Below, piece after piece: positions 12,970 through 25,335 of a DNA stretch of 64,000 bases. Position 1 is the first letter of the stretch. Each line of letters starts with the position of its first letter. The DNA is from Ascidiella aspersa (Eukaryota). A program made the translations under genes and the position numbers. Below the pieces are notes generated by a model that made no database searches, had not been told where the DNA came from, and saw only the letters and a program-made list of their open reading frames with translations. The stretch is taken from positions 37,882,001 to 37,946,000 of the forward strand of contig OZ004608.1 in the NCBI GenBank assembly GCA_963924565.1, read 5' to 3'.

Positions 12970-14060
12970 TCCACTAAAACAATCTGTAGTTGGTCGACGT
13001 TTCACTAATAAAAATTGGTGTTGCGTGTTTCGTCAACCGTACAAAAACCGTAACCCTTTCTGTAGTTTTTGGTTCAAGACATTTCTGGAATCATGAAAAT
13101 AGTAAAACTCGTGCTTTTCATCGTGATGCCCATTGTACTTTTGAAATTCCCACTTGTTAGCATCGATTTGTCACCTAATGCCAGTAAAACATTTAAGGTA
13201 TTACACAGGCAAGGCACAGAAAGGGCGATATTGTTGCTTGCAGATTGAAGGGTGATAGAAGAAAAGAAATGTATGAAAAGTTGGCTAACATTTTGCCTCG
13301 CCGCCTTAACCTAAACAATTTAGACAAGTTAGACGACCAAGTGGAAGAGTTGGGCAACAACGATAACGCGCCTATTTATAATGTTTTAAGACAAACGAGG
13401 GCGGAAGTTAAAATAAAACTTCCTTCGAGTAAAGAAACCGACGCGATTAAGGCAATGCAAGTTGTACAGGCGGATAAATGTACAGGAAGCAAGTCCTCGT
13501 TGCCAGGGACCATTCGCTTTCATTCTAAGTAGCCTTATGGTTTGGTCGTTCGATACTTTACGCATTTTTTACGAAAGAACTAAAACAGATATTATGTACA
13601 TCGACGCCACAGGAGGTATTATTAAAGCTTCAGAGAATAAGGCGCAGTATTACGCGTATGAAATCTTTGTGCGTCACCCGGCCAAGGAAGCGAGCAGTCA
13701 TAACATCAGTCACAACAACATCGTTTCCATTTCGAATTTTTTTTTAAATGTTTTACACGGATGAAAACAAATTAGTTGGAAAACCTCTGTGCATCAAATC
13801 ATTTGCGATGTAAGCATGGCAATTATTCGGTAGGTATTGTCAGTGTACATGAGCCAGGATTCGGAAGCCTATTTAGATCGATGTTTTAGTTTAGGGACAG
13901 GAAAAGCAACTAATTCAGCAAGCTATTTGTTCATTGTGTGGTAGCAACACTAGGAATAAGAAAACGTGGTCTTGTTCTTTAGACAAGAAACTATATTTGT
14001 AATGGTTTGTGGACTCTAATAGCAACATCCTATATCACATGGTAATCTTATTTAGCAAAA
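12970..14060 (+). mobile_element. NOF/Foldback-like Mutator transposase, fragmented copy
   Basis: NPFCSFWF, RLKGDRRK, DIMYIDATGGII..YYAYEIFVRHP..SHNIVSISNF, QIICDVSMAII. The YIDATG and CDxS motifs carry the first two catalytic Asp of MULE-type DDE enzymes. Confidence 0.75.
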
Positions 14061-15179
14061 AAAAAATAAATGTCAGCGTTGAGGAAGAAGGGGTGGAGTT
14101 TCTCAGGTTGGAAGGCCCTTTTGTGAACGGGAAATATCTTACTCTAACCGATAGCAGATTTAAATTCAGGCAAAAAAGTAGTTTGCTATTTTAACAGAGA
14201 CATACAAGGAATTGGTATCTAACAAGGTGCTCAGATTGGGACATCGCACTTTTGCAGGAATCCATGAGAGCCCCAAAAACTACCAGAAAGAAGAACTATG
14301 ACAGGGAGTGGGCTGCAACATCAACATGCGATGATACAACATCAGGCAATAGAAAAGACTACAACCCACAATAATATATTCCACTAACAACTACTATATG
14401 AAGAAAGCGTCAGTCAAACTGACCTTTCTAGTGGCTTGGTTTTACAACATATTAAGCAAATAAGACTGGTTAAAATTTAAGGTATACGCAAAGGTGAAAT
14501 GTGTGCATTCCTTAACGTCAGACAAAGAGTTATGTTATAAAAACTTTAATAAACCTAAATATATCACAATGTGGTAAAGTTAAGTATATGCTTGGAAGGA
14601 AATATTTATTAAACACTTGTTTTATAAAAAATCCCTTTTAAGCACTTACCATCGGCATGGCACCAACACTTTGCTTTATTATTTACTAATCAATTTATAT
14701 TTTCAGTTATTCACCTTACCCCAAACACCGAAGGCAAAGTTCAACCTTAATGGCGACGGAGGCCGCGCGTGCAACGCACAAAAACTCGTGTCGGCAAATG
14801 TTGTTTTATTATAGTTTCTTTGAGGAAGTGCGAGTGGCAATCACTGATAAAAGTATTGGGAAATGCATGTAGTTGACTTTGTACCTGCAGGTATCTGCGT
14901 TTTCTTTCGAAAAAAAAACAGTTACGCAGCGTTGAAGCAACCTGGCTTGAATGTCTTTTTAAGTTTGCATTTTCCCGGTTTTAATAACATGGTTTTGCAT
15001 TTTATTTGAATTAAGACATGAATTCACTTGTGTAAGCCTTTGTGTTATTAACTAATTCCCGTACACCGGTGTTATTTTTTTAGTAAGGGTTTCCGCAAAA
15101 TGTTTGGAATGATGAGGTTATCTAGGTTTTGCGACAAAGATGAATATTAATTATCTTTTGTGGTTGAAAACAATGTTTG

Positions 15180-15410
15180 CTCTTCGGACAGCAATGCCCG
15201 GAACTTAGTTGAGCCCTGCCTTGTAACGTCTCGCCCAAACTTTTGCGTTCCATGTATGCGCCGTCAGTATTCCGGATTGTACAACAAGACATGGTATCAC
15301 CGAGCTGCCTAACAGCAGAATACTGGATGGAGTTGCTGCCGTCGTTATGCCAGGGAGCTTTCCAGCATTATACGTGGGAGCTAAAATAATGAATCTTTTA
15401 TGTTACTTGT
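15180..15410 (+). pseudogene. SGNH exon fragment (copy), duplicated at 16071-16270
   Basis: DSNARNLVEPCLV..SIPDCTTRHGITEL; same 3' junction (ATGCCAGGGAGCTTTCCAGC) as the 16071-16270 copy. Confidence 0.75.
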
Positions 15411-15425
15411 CACCAATTTAATTAT

Positions 15426-16070
15426 TGTAGCCCCTTTGTGCGGAATGAATGCCGCGGGAACTGCCGTCCAGGTCGGCTACCCGTCGCCACAGTTTCCCCT
15501 CGGGGATAGAAATTTGTGTGAATTTCGCAGCCTAAGTTTTCCCAGCGCTGCGTGATATCTTTGTGTGCGATTTCGTTTTGAATTGCGTTGTGTTGCATCG
15601 TCATTCGTCGGGTGGATACCGAGAGAATCGGATGCATTTTGAGCACAGTTTGCAATCTCGTTGGTTAGAGACAAGCTGTAGCCTTATGCGAGCACTTGGT
15701 GTGCATGGTTATTTGCCGTATACTGATTGTCGTTCTGTCCAATAAACGTCTTGCTCGAGAAAGTAAAGTCATTCCTATCCTTGGCAGCTACTTTGGGGAT
15801 TGTGTCCCAATCTAGTCTGCGACAATTGCGGGCTCGTCCGGGAATTTAAACAAGGTTTGACTAAAGAGACCTCTTCAAGACGTAGTAGAAATGGACAAGA
15901 TAATCGAGGCAGGAAAAGCATGGGACTTCCAGGTAATGACCTGGTGAAGTTCGTGCAGGATCAGCAGCAGCTGCAGATGAGAAATCCATAAAAGCAGCGG
16001 CAGCCGCCGAAGAATAGCGGGCCGCCAGAGAAGCTCCGAGAGAAAACGAGTTTCGGTTAGAAATGAATCG
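15426..16070 (+). mobile_element. Gypsy-like LTR (15426-15824), PBS-Pro (15827-15843) and 5' gag stub (from 15891)
   Basis: TGTAGC...GCGACA ends; internal AATAAA; TGCGGGCTCGTCCGGGA closely resembles the tRNA-Pro PBS TGGGGGCTCGTCCGGGA; gag-like MDKIIEAGK/MGLPGNDLVKFVQDQQQ. Confidence 0.75.
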
Positions 16071-17089
16071 GTTGAGCCCTGCCTTGTAAGGTCTCGCCCA
16101 AACTTTGCGTTCGATGTATGCGCCGTCAGTATTCCGGGTTGTACAACAAGGCATGGTAACACCGAGCTGTCTAACAGCAGAATACTAGATGGAGTTGCTG
16201 CCGTCGTTATGCCAGGGAGCTTTCCAGCATTATACGTGGGAGCTAAAATAATGAATCTTTTTTGTTATTTTACATTTGATCTTGAAGCCTTACGAAGAGA
16301 TTGTATCCAGGAGGTCACTTTTAAGTGGAGGTCACGTTTTGGTTGTGAAACTAATCATTGTAATTTGTTGAGCTTCATTGAAGGGCGAAGTTCCTCTGGT
16401 TGACAACAACGGAGTTTTCCTTGTTGGGACCCCTGACACCTTGCTCTATGAACCAGAAGGCCAAGCACTTAAAGGTAACGCTTTTTTGTAGTTTTGCGTT
16501 CGAAGACATTGCTGGAATCATAAAAATAACAAAACTCTTGCTTTTCACCGGAATGCCCATTGCACTTTTCGAAAATAAAGGGCGATATTGTTGCCTGTAG
16601 ATTGAAGGCCAATAAGAAAAGAAATGCTTGAAAAGTTGGATAATGTTGTAGGAGTCCGGCAATAGGGATAACGCAGTTACTTGCAATGGATCCTGGTCGG
16701 CTCACGCAGAGCATGCCGTTGAACTTCGACACTGAATGTATTGTCGACCGGAAACCGCAGCATGATGGGACGTCTAATCTATTTCGTTAATTATTTGTTT
16801 TATACAAAGTGCAATGTTCATGCGAATCGTTTTATATCGGCGAAAGCAAACGAGTAGTGTACAAAAACTAACAGCTGTGGGTACAAGATGTCTTGCGCTA
16901 GATATTCTACAAGTAAAAAAAAAACAGGTCAAGTGGTTCATACCACTAGTAAAAACCTGAATGTGTGTTTACTGGACACGGTAATGTCGGTGCTGCCCAA
17001 ACAATTTTCGCAGGAATGTTTTTTTTAATAAATATGCTGTTGGTACCAGGCATAGGTACAGCGCCGTTACCACTCCACTTAGATGTTGT

Positions 17090-17300
17090 CCGATGGTTTA
17101 TATTGGCGCGAAAGAAAAGAACATATTCGCGACGTGAATAACAACGACGCCAAGAAGTCAGCCTTGGTGCAGCACGCCTGCAATCGTCAACACGGTATTA
17201 ATTTTGATGGGGACGCTGTTGTTGCAACGAGAGCGACTACCGAAAACGTCTGTTTCGGGAATCCTGGCATATACACCAAAGGCCGGATACCATGAACATC
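17090..17300 (+). mobile_element. Penelope-like GIY-YIG endonuclease C-terminal fragment
   Basis: RKEHIRDV..KSALVQHACNRQHGINFD..RLFRESWHI (frameshifted). Confidence 0.75.
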
Positions 17301-17569
17301 AAAACGGACGTTTAATTTAGGGAGATTAATGGCATGGTAGTGACTTTGTACGAAACAAAAATAATACAAAGCGTAACAGAATGCAACTAGCAATCCCGGT
17401 ATTTTGTATTTGTCGTTTGGCCTATAGACCTAATAAAAATTAGTGTGGAATGCTGCTCTTAAAGTGGGCAAAACAAGCGGAGTAAAGTAGGGAAACAAAC
17501 TGCTCAACATTGTTGGATCGACAATGAACGGTGAAAATCGTTGAATATTATTATTTGGACAAATGTATA

Positions 17570-17895
17570 CGAATCATGGCAATGAAACAACATTGGAAAC
17601 AATTGCAAATCAACAGAAGACTTTGTTGAAAAGTTTCCTCACAAACTTCGACAGATGTAGAGGCATAACTTTACTAGCAAACAGGCCAGTTGCTTGCAAC
17701 ACTTAAAATAGTACAATTAGCTTCTATCTTGCAATTATTGGTTATTTGGCAGAAAATTATTCATTTGTGTTGCAAGATACAGTACATGGCTTTGCATTTT
17801 AATTTGTCGTAATTTCACACTGCTTGAAACATGACAAAACAGAAGTTGATTGTCATTAAAGGGACCACGCGATTGGCTGGGTGGCACTGTTAAAA
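17570..17895 (+). mobile_element. Heavily deleted Sola2 transposase relic
   Basis: TTLETI..EDFV, RHNFTSKQ, IIGYLAENYSFVLQDTVHGF and KGPRDWLGGTVK occur in the same order as the motifs of the 395-2293 protein. Confidence 0.7.
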
Positions 17896-18859
17896 TGGGA
17901 TTTGCACACGGGCAAACACGAAGAAGAAGACACACAAACTCGTAATATAGTCAGAAAGTTGTGCCGACTATTTTTAGAAAAAAAATGTTTAAAACAACAA
18001 GTACTATTCAAACCCATATTTGGTAAACCATTTACCACAAAGACACTGGCCTTAGCGGGACAGTACATTACAGAAAGGGACTGCACTGCTAATTGAAATA
18101 ACCACAACAACATTGTAAAAAGTAACACGATTAAACAAATTCTATAAAGACCGCAGTTAAATACAATTTTGAGGATAAAGCCTTGTGAGCCTTTCCGGCG
18201 AACACTCGACGTTTAATGCACCAGAATTCCGTACATATGTTCGCTAAAACAGAGTCTAAAAGGAGGTTAACGGTGTGAACGAAAACAAGCTTGGCAAACT
18301 TTGTATACTTCCTTCAAGTTTCACTGACAGCCCTCCATACATGCATGAACGGAAACCGACGCAATGACATATGTTCGCGTTTTGGTATACCGGATCTTTT
18401 CATAAGGTTATTAAGAAATTAGCAGAAACTCCTTCCGGGCCAACATTACGTCCACCGGCATGATTTAACTGCGAGAGTTCTTCACTTCTCTGGGCAACGT
18501 ATTTATTTCACAATGCTGCATTTTAATATAAAAAAACATTGCTCTTTCGTATTATACATGGAGCAGAACATATTATATATCTGGGCGACATCGAAAAGCA
18601 TAATTTCTTGACCAGTCGTCGTAAAAGTGTTATCGGAAGCAACGGGGAAAGGGTATTCCCGCAGATATCACTAAGTTCAATGTGGAGTATTTGCAATATG
18701 TTTCAACTCTGCTTTTATTACACTAGTCTTTTAAGTGGCCACAAACCGGCTTTTTTTGCAGGAAGACAGTTGAGTTATCGTGTAGAACTAGGCCTAAAAT
18801 TCAGCGACATTTGGCGTAAATGGTCAGATGAGCTTTGTTATTGCGAACCTAAAACGCGG

Positions 18860-20100
18860 TTTGACGCCATTTATATCGACGCAACCGGTAGCACTTAACC
18901 ATGAGATAGCGAGATAAGTCTTACTAAAGATAGAACGCGCTTCGACGCCGCTTATATTAATGCCACTGGTTGTATGTTAGAAACCAACAATTCGAAACCG
19001 TTTTATGTTTATGAAAAGATAAATGTACAGAAAACAAATCCGCGTTCCCACGGACCATTCGCTTTTATTAAAGCATTCAAAGTAGCCTGTGCATTGGTCT
19101 CGACACGTTACGAATTTTTCGTGAAAGAACACGAACCGACATTATCTACATGTAAAACGCCCTATTACGCATATGAAATCTCTGTGCGTCATCCGGCAAA
19201 AGGTAAACACACCATAGTCTTTGGAAGCCTATTTAGATAGATGTTTTAGTTTGGTAACCTATGTAGTCATGTTGCTAAAAGGGAAGAGATTATGTATGCA
19301 ATGGGTTGGTGGACTAATTGAAGAACATTCTATATAAAATGGTAATCTTATTTACCATAAAAAATGACATTCAGGTGAAAATATGCTGGACAAGTGCAAA
19401 TTGAGCGTGAGCGAAATCAGAATATTTCAAAACAATTTGTTCTTTCTGAAAGGGATTCAGGAGAGAGTAAACTTGGAACTTGACAAAATCGCCACCATGT
19501 CAACAAAACCATTTGTTAAATATCTTGACACTATTAGCAGAGCAAGACGGGCATAAAAATGCATAAAGCATGTGGACAAAATGAATTTTATTATCTGGAT
19601 TTTTTTGTAAAATTTACGAGCAATTGCTTGCCGAAAATTGCTCACCGAGGAACAAAGCAATATAAAAGGGTCACAATTGTAATTGCGATTTGCCTGTAAG
19701 TTGCCAGGGATGCAGTTGTTGTAAATATAAAATATCGACCCAGTTTTAACACAGATCAAACTGATCATATGGAATTATTGTCAAAAGACACATGGCTAAG
19801 CGACAGGCATATATATTGTTACATGATGAATGTTATGGCAGCACAATTTCAAATTGGGAAGTTTTGTTAATGCCTTTCAAACACCGTTCAATTCACAGGC
19901 AAATCATCTGGTAAGTTTATTCAAATATTAAATGCCAATTCAAATCATTGGGTTACAGCCTCGATATTTTTTTCAACAAAGTTAAATGTAATACAGATTT
20001 ACGACAGTCGTTACCACCACTTAAAAGATGTTCAAGATGTCAAAACTGGTGTACTTACACAACAAAACACAAATATATCAAGTTTGAATTTCCCAAGGTG
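18860..20100 (+). mobile_element. NOF-like Mutator transposase fragments followed by an Ulp1/SENP-like protease fragment
   Basis: DAIYIDATGS, AAYINATG, YYAYEISVRHPAKG, EAYLDRCF; then DTWLSDRHI..FIQILNANSNHWVTAS..IQIYDSRY (Ulp1-like His/Asp motifs). Confidence 0.65.
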
Positions 20101-20142
20101 GACAAGTAGAAGGGAAATTATAATTTCCTTAAATAAGACATC

Positions 20143-20184
20143 ATCCTGATAAAGGCGTCTTGCATAGGACGTCGAAATGTCGAT
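20143..20184 (+). ncRNA. Hammerhead ribozyme-like motif 1 (minimal type I, core G8>A, probably inactive)
   Basis: ATC-CTGATAA-A-GGCGTCTT gcat AGGACGTC-GAAA-TGTC-GAT: 8-bp stem II, ATC/GAT stem I. Confidence 0.6.
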
Positions 20185-20250
20185 AACAATACTCGTGTTA
20201 GTAATAAGCAGATCATATAAATATGCTGTTGCTGCCAGGCAATGTTGTCA

Positions 20251-20293
20251 GTCCCTGACGAAGGCTTGCCGGATAGTAAGCCGAAACGTTGGT
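20251..20293 (+). ncRNA. Hammerhead ribozyme-like motif 2 (minimal type I, Penelope-associated style)
   Basis: CC-CTGACGA-A-GGCTTGC cggata GTAAGCC-GAAA-CGTT-GG: intact core, 7-bp stem II, palindromic AACGTT stem III. Confidence 0.7.
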
Positions 20294-21749
20294 AGAAAAT
20301 AATATATATTGCCAGAGGAACCTGTTTTGATAAGCAGTTCATATGTTCAAAAACTGAAAAACAAAATACCTTGTGATCAAGTTGAGATCAAACTTGATTT
20401 GTGAAGAGAAATAAAAACTATACGAAGTTGCAACACTTCGCAAAGAATGTATGGCACATTAACCATTATTTATAAAAGCAATTTGAAGATATGCACTACA
20501 CTCTCATCAATAGACAAGCTCACTCGAAAGGTAGATTGTAACATTCTAACAGAGAAATCCTCCTTCCCTTTAAATCCGGGTCAAAACGAGCGAAAATACA
20601 TTTCTTAAAGATGACTAAATAAAGAGTTTTAACAAAACTAACAAAGAAAGAAAGCTCCGCCAATAGACTTATACTAGTGGCAACAGTTAAAGAGTTTATT
20701 ACAATTTACAGTGCAAAAGAATAACATAAGTTAAAGAGTACCAACATAATGATAAAAGATTAATGTATTTTTAATGTTTGGCGAATTTCCTGTTTTTCGT
20801 TGCGTCTCTGAACCGCATTGTTATAAAATTAATATGATATGTGACGCTACGAAACCAGATAAAGAAATATAACACGCATAATACCTTCTGACTTACGGTA
20901 CTAACATTCTACAATAATTACATTTGTGGTTTCAAGCTAACTTAAAGCTTGCATCGACAAAACGTCAACGCGTCTAGCTGCCATGATAGGTAATATTAAG
21001 AAAGGAAATGGTTTCCGAGTCGTAAGGGCATTCATCTCAACTTTTCTATCCCTAAATTATGTCGACCGCAATTAGGTTCTCTCTAAACCTGTTTTTCCGC
21101 TCTTTCTCTATCAAAAGTTTTTAGAAAGAAAGGATATTTCTTTGCCACCAGTTCAGTGGTTCCACCGACTACTGTGCCAATATCCTAACGATTCTGTTTG
21201 TCAACCTGCAGCTTCTCTGTCAGCCGAGCCGCAGATGTTGTCGTTTTGCAGCACGAAAAACCTATTATTGTCCCGTTAAAAGTTTTGCTTGTTGAAGCTA
21301 CGCCCAGCAGCAAACTTTCATCTGTAGAAGCGAAGCCTCGTCAACAAAGCGAGTTTACTGCATCTAGGACGTTCGAAACATCTATGACGACATGCTATTT
21401 AAAGTCATAACTTATCTTTTTCACCTTTTCTTTTATACAACCTTATCAGACTGAATTTTAGGCCGATCATATGATGTTGCGGAGTTTTGTGATAGTTGGA
21501 AACGTCTGCCGGCCTAACAGCTTGCAAGGAAATCGTTTGCATCTGTTGCGTTAGAAGCAACACTTTCCTACAAAGTTTACACCGGATGATAACCTGGTAA
21601 GCATTCATTACTTTACCGTATCCAAAACTTCTGACTATCCTAACCTTCTTGTCCCCCGTTTTTTTTTTGTTAACGTTTTTCGGGAGATGCTTAGCGCCTA
21701 TTGCTTTGGTTATCGTTAACGCAAGGATGGGCCATTCATGGTTAAGACT

Positions 21750-24700
21750 CTGCCGGCCTGAGAACTTCATGCAAACAAAATGCTAAAAGAGAAAAAGGAC
21801 CATATTACGGGTATGAATTCTCTGTAGTTTTTGGACAAAAACAAATTAATTTTACCACTCTAGCAGATTTTATTGACATCATTGTTGGCCTCGGCACAGC
21901 GTAGTAAATGCAGCCAGACAAAAAAAAACAATATTTTTTTGTTAGTATGCTATGTTTGCCACACTGGGATATTCACATAGTTAAGCAACAAAAAAAATGA
22001 AACCTGGGATTTGTTTTTGTACATTTTCACCTAAATAATTTTTCGAAACACCAAGATTAATTTAAACGATCATAACGTGCCCATAAACAGATTTACAAAG
22101 ATATTTCATGGGTTTCTGGGGCAAAAAAATGGAAATTGAAGATCTATATTAACTAATAAGAGCGCTCACTCCCCACATTGTTAAGCAAGTGTCAATCTAA
22201 ACTATCAGTTAAGCAAATAAAAAGATTTTTTTTTAAATATAATAGAACTAAAATACAAAATTATTAATGGGATAAAGCTGTGACTGGTGGAGAAGGCAGA
22301 TTGTAAAAATTCACCAGACAAACCTTACTTCCCTTGAAATCTTGGGGGCCTATACACCCGGCATATATGCAGCTTAAAGACTAAATTATAAAAGCAATTA
22401 ACAAACTACCGAAGTAAGAAAGCATCAGTCAATCCAACTCCTGCTAGAGTTGTTTTCCAATGAATGTTGTTTAAGGATAATGTAGTGTAGTTTAAAACAT
22501 ATTGTAAAGCAAAACAACATAATGAATACAAATAAATTATGAAGTTGGTTGAAAAGCAACTGGAAAGATCTAATATCAAACCAACCCAAGAAATGAGCTA
22601 CTATACAGTAACCAGGTAAAAAGAAACATTTTTTGATAATATGCTAAGTTTGCTACACTGGGATACTGCCTTTAAAATGTAGAAGATTTGGAACAACAAC
22701 GAGCTGTTATCCAACTTCAAAATGTGGGTTGAGTAGCTAGTATAAGAATTACAATCTTACAACTGCTTACATAACATCATGTGGTAACAATGTACAATAT
22801 ACAAAGGGTTAACAAAACACGAACAGCGTGTAATCCTTAAGTTGGATAACTAAGTTAGTAATCAACTATCCAAACTGCAAAAAGATTTTCTAAATACAAA
22901 TACCAATACTAATTAGAAAATATAAAATTGGTTTCTTCAGCTCACGTGAACAAAAGGGTGAAAAATTTGGTGACCATATCACAAAACATAGTTTTAACAT
23001 ATCGGCGTTGCTCAACAAAAATAATGAAAAACGACCTTTCGGCAAAAAAAAATGAAAAACGGTCGAAAATGACTCCTGATGTGCCGTGACAAATGCCATA
23101 CTGTGTCTTGTTTATTGGTGTTTTGTTTAGAAGTGGTGTTTTTAAAGGCAGTGGGAAATATATTCCCACTTTTTTTCAAATATAATAAACCCAAAAAGAT
23201 TATTTTTGTTTCATGCATTTTTGGAAAAGTACAAAAATACGTAACATAAAAGTTTGCCACAGGTCTTCACTAACTGCGTTATAAGATATGTCTTACATGC
23301 TGTTAAGTAATAATCAATAGACAAGCTCACTCCCTCAACGCTGGACAAAACTTACTTGCCTATAAATCTTGTGGGCACATTTTGTGATCGAAATTACATT
23401 TCCTAAAGATGACAAAATTAGAAGCTTTTTAACAAACTACCAAAGGAAGAAAGCGGTGTCAATCCCAGACTTATCCATCAATTTGGAAATGATTTTAAAA
23501 CCTTCATTCACTGTGGTTCAGTGTTATGAAAAGCTCCAATATCAAACCAACTTCATTACGCAAAAATCCTAACGCTTGCCTCCAATTGAGGTAAGTTAAA
23601 ATTAACTTATTAAATAATTTCATATCCAAAGCTTAGCACAAAAACAACTGTAAAACCTCAAAAGTAGCAATAACCGATTTGCAAACAAATTTTGAATGCC
23701 CGGCTGAGAACTCCATGCAAACAAAATGCTAAAAGAGAAAAAGCACCACATTACGGGTATGCATTCTCTGTAGTTTTTGGACAAGAACAAATTAGTTTAC
23801 ATTTGTTGGCCTTTGGGATATTGCCATAGTTAATACCCATTCAAATTATTATTAACAGTCTGAACGTACAATATCACAGCAACAACAAAATGAAACCTGG
23901 GATTTGTGCTTTGTACATTTTTGCCTAAATAATTTTGTGAAATACCAAGATTAATTTAAACGATCATAAAGTGGCCATAACTCGGTTGTTTTCCAATGAA
24001 TGTTGTTTAAGGATAATGTAGCGTAGAACATATTAAGGAATACAAATAAATTATTATAAAGTTGGTTGAAAAGCAACTGGAAAGATGTAATATCAAACCA
24101 ACCCAAGAAGTTAAAGTACTATACAGTAACCAGGTAAAAAAAAACATTTTTGTTAATATGCTAAGTTTGCCACACTGCGATACTGCCTTACTTACATAAC
24201 ATCACATGGTAACAGTCTACAATATACAAAAGGTTGACAAAACACAAACAGCGTGTAAGTGTTAAGCACCTTATCCATTTTTGTGCAGTAGCAGCCGGTT
24301 TCGCGTTCTACCGTTATTCGCCCTTGGTTCCTTGTTTTCGCCTCTTTATTATAGTTATTGTTACAGTTAGCATATTGTCGCTATGTATTGCTGCAGTTTA
24401 AGATTTATTCTATGAATAGGGAAAGTGTTATGTAAAAGATGGTATTTACTTTTCTTGGTATTTCTGAGTATCGGGCAACATCCGATGATAACACTTTGGG
24501 TGGTAGAATCTTAAAACTGTTTACATAGCATCAGGCGGTAACAATCTACAATATACGAAGGGTTCACAAAATATGATACTAAGTTATGAATGTCAGTTCT
24601 TTGCTACCTTCACAACTATCCAAACTGCAAAAAGATTTTCTAAATACAAACTGCAAAAAGATTTAAAATACAAATACCAATACTAATTAGGAAATATAAA

Positions 24701-25335
24701 AATACCACCGACGCTCCTAATGGCATACCATTTTAGAATAACTCAATTCATCTATATTATACTGCTGTCTTCATGATACACCGCAGTCTAAATACAAGCA
24801 TATTGAATTTCAAGGAGTGGCACGATATCCAATTAGTTCCTTCAGCTCCCGTAAACGAATGGGTGAAAAATTTGGTGACCATATCCCAAAGCAAAGTTTT
24901 AACATATCGGCGTTGCTAAAAGTTACAAGCTCACTCCCTACATTGCAAATCAGGTGTCAATCTGAACTCTCAATCAAGCAAATAAAAATATTCTAAAGAA
25001 AATAATAAATCGAAAATACAGAGCGACTGGCGAATAAGACCGATGGTAAAAATTCACCACTGGACAAACCTTACTTGCCTTTACATCTAGTTGGCCCAAG
25101 AACTGATCGAAATTACATTTCCTAAAGATGACAAAATTAGAAGCTTTTTAACAAACTACCAAAGGAAGAAAGTGGCGTCAATCCCAGACTTATCCATCAA
25201 TTTGGAAATGATTTTAATACCTTCATTTCACTGTGGTTCAGTATTAAGTAAAGCTTCAATACTAAACAACTTCATTACTCAAAAATCCTAACGTTCGCCT
25301 CCAATTGAGGTAAGTTAGAAAATTAACTTATTAAT
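21750..25335 (+). repeat. Degenerate local tandem duplication
   Basis: 21752-22830 matches 23698-24260; 22780-23010 matches 24530-24915; 23340-23615 matches 25058-25335; each copy has different deletions. Confidence 0.85.

Larger units (their letters stand above)
7400..15080 (+). repeat. Left copy of ~7.5 kb direct segmental repeat (partner ~56625-64000)
   Basis: Colinear blocks: 7585~56810, 8517~57732, 9388~58400, 10770~59315, 11990~60325, 12490~60840, 13245~61580, 14190~62825, 14930~63850. Confidence 0.9.

Noticed and set aside
16660-16790. Possible Mutator-like/Kolobok-type catalytic fragment (AVTCNGSWS)
   Set aside because: Too short and frameshifted to assign.
17980-18730. Possible canonical Helitron fragments (LHFSGQRIYFT at ~18480)
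   Set aside because: Single short motif with weak support from flanking sequence.
24260-24493. Solo-LTR-like insertion (TGTTA...TAACA) within the local duplication
   Set aside because: No TSD and no convincing PBS; could be a chance match.
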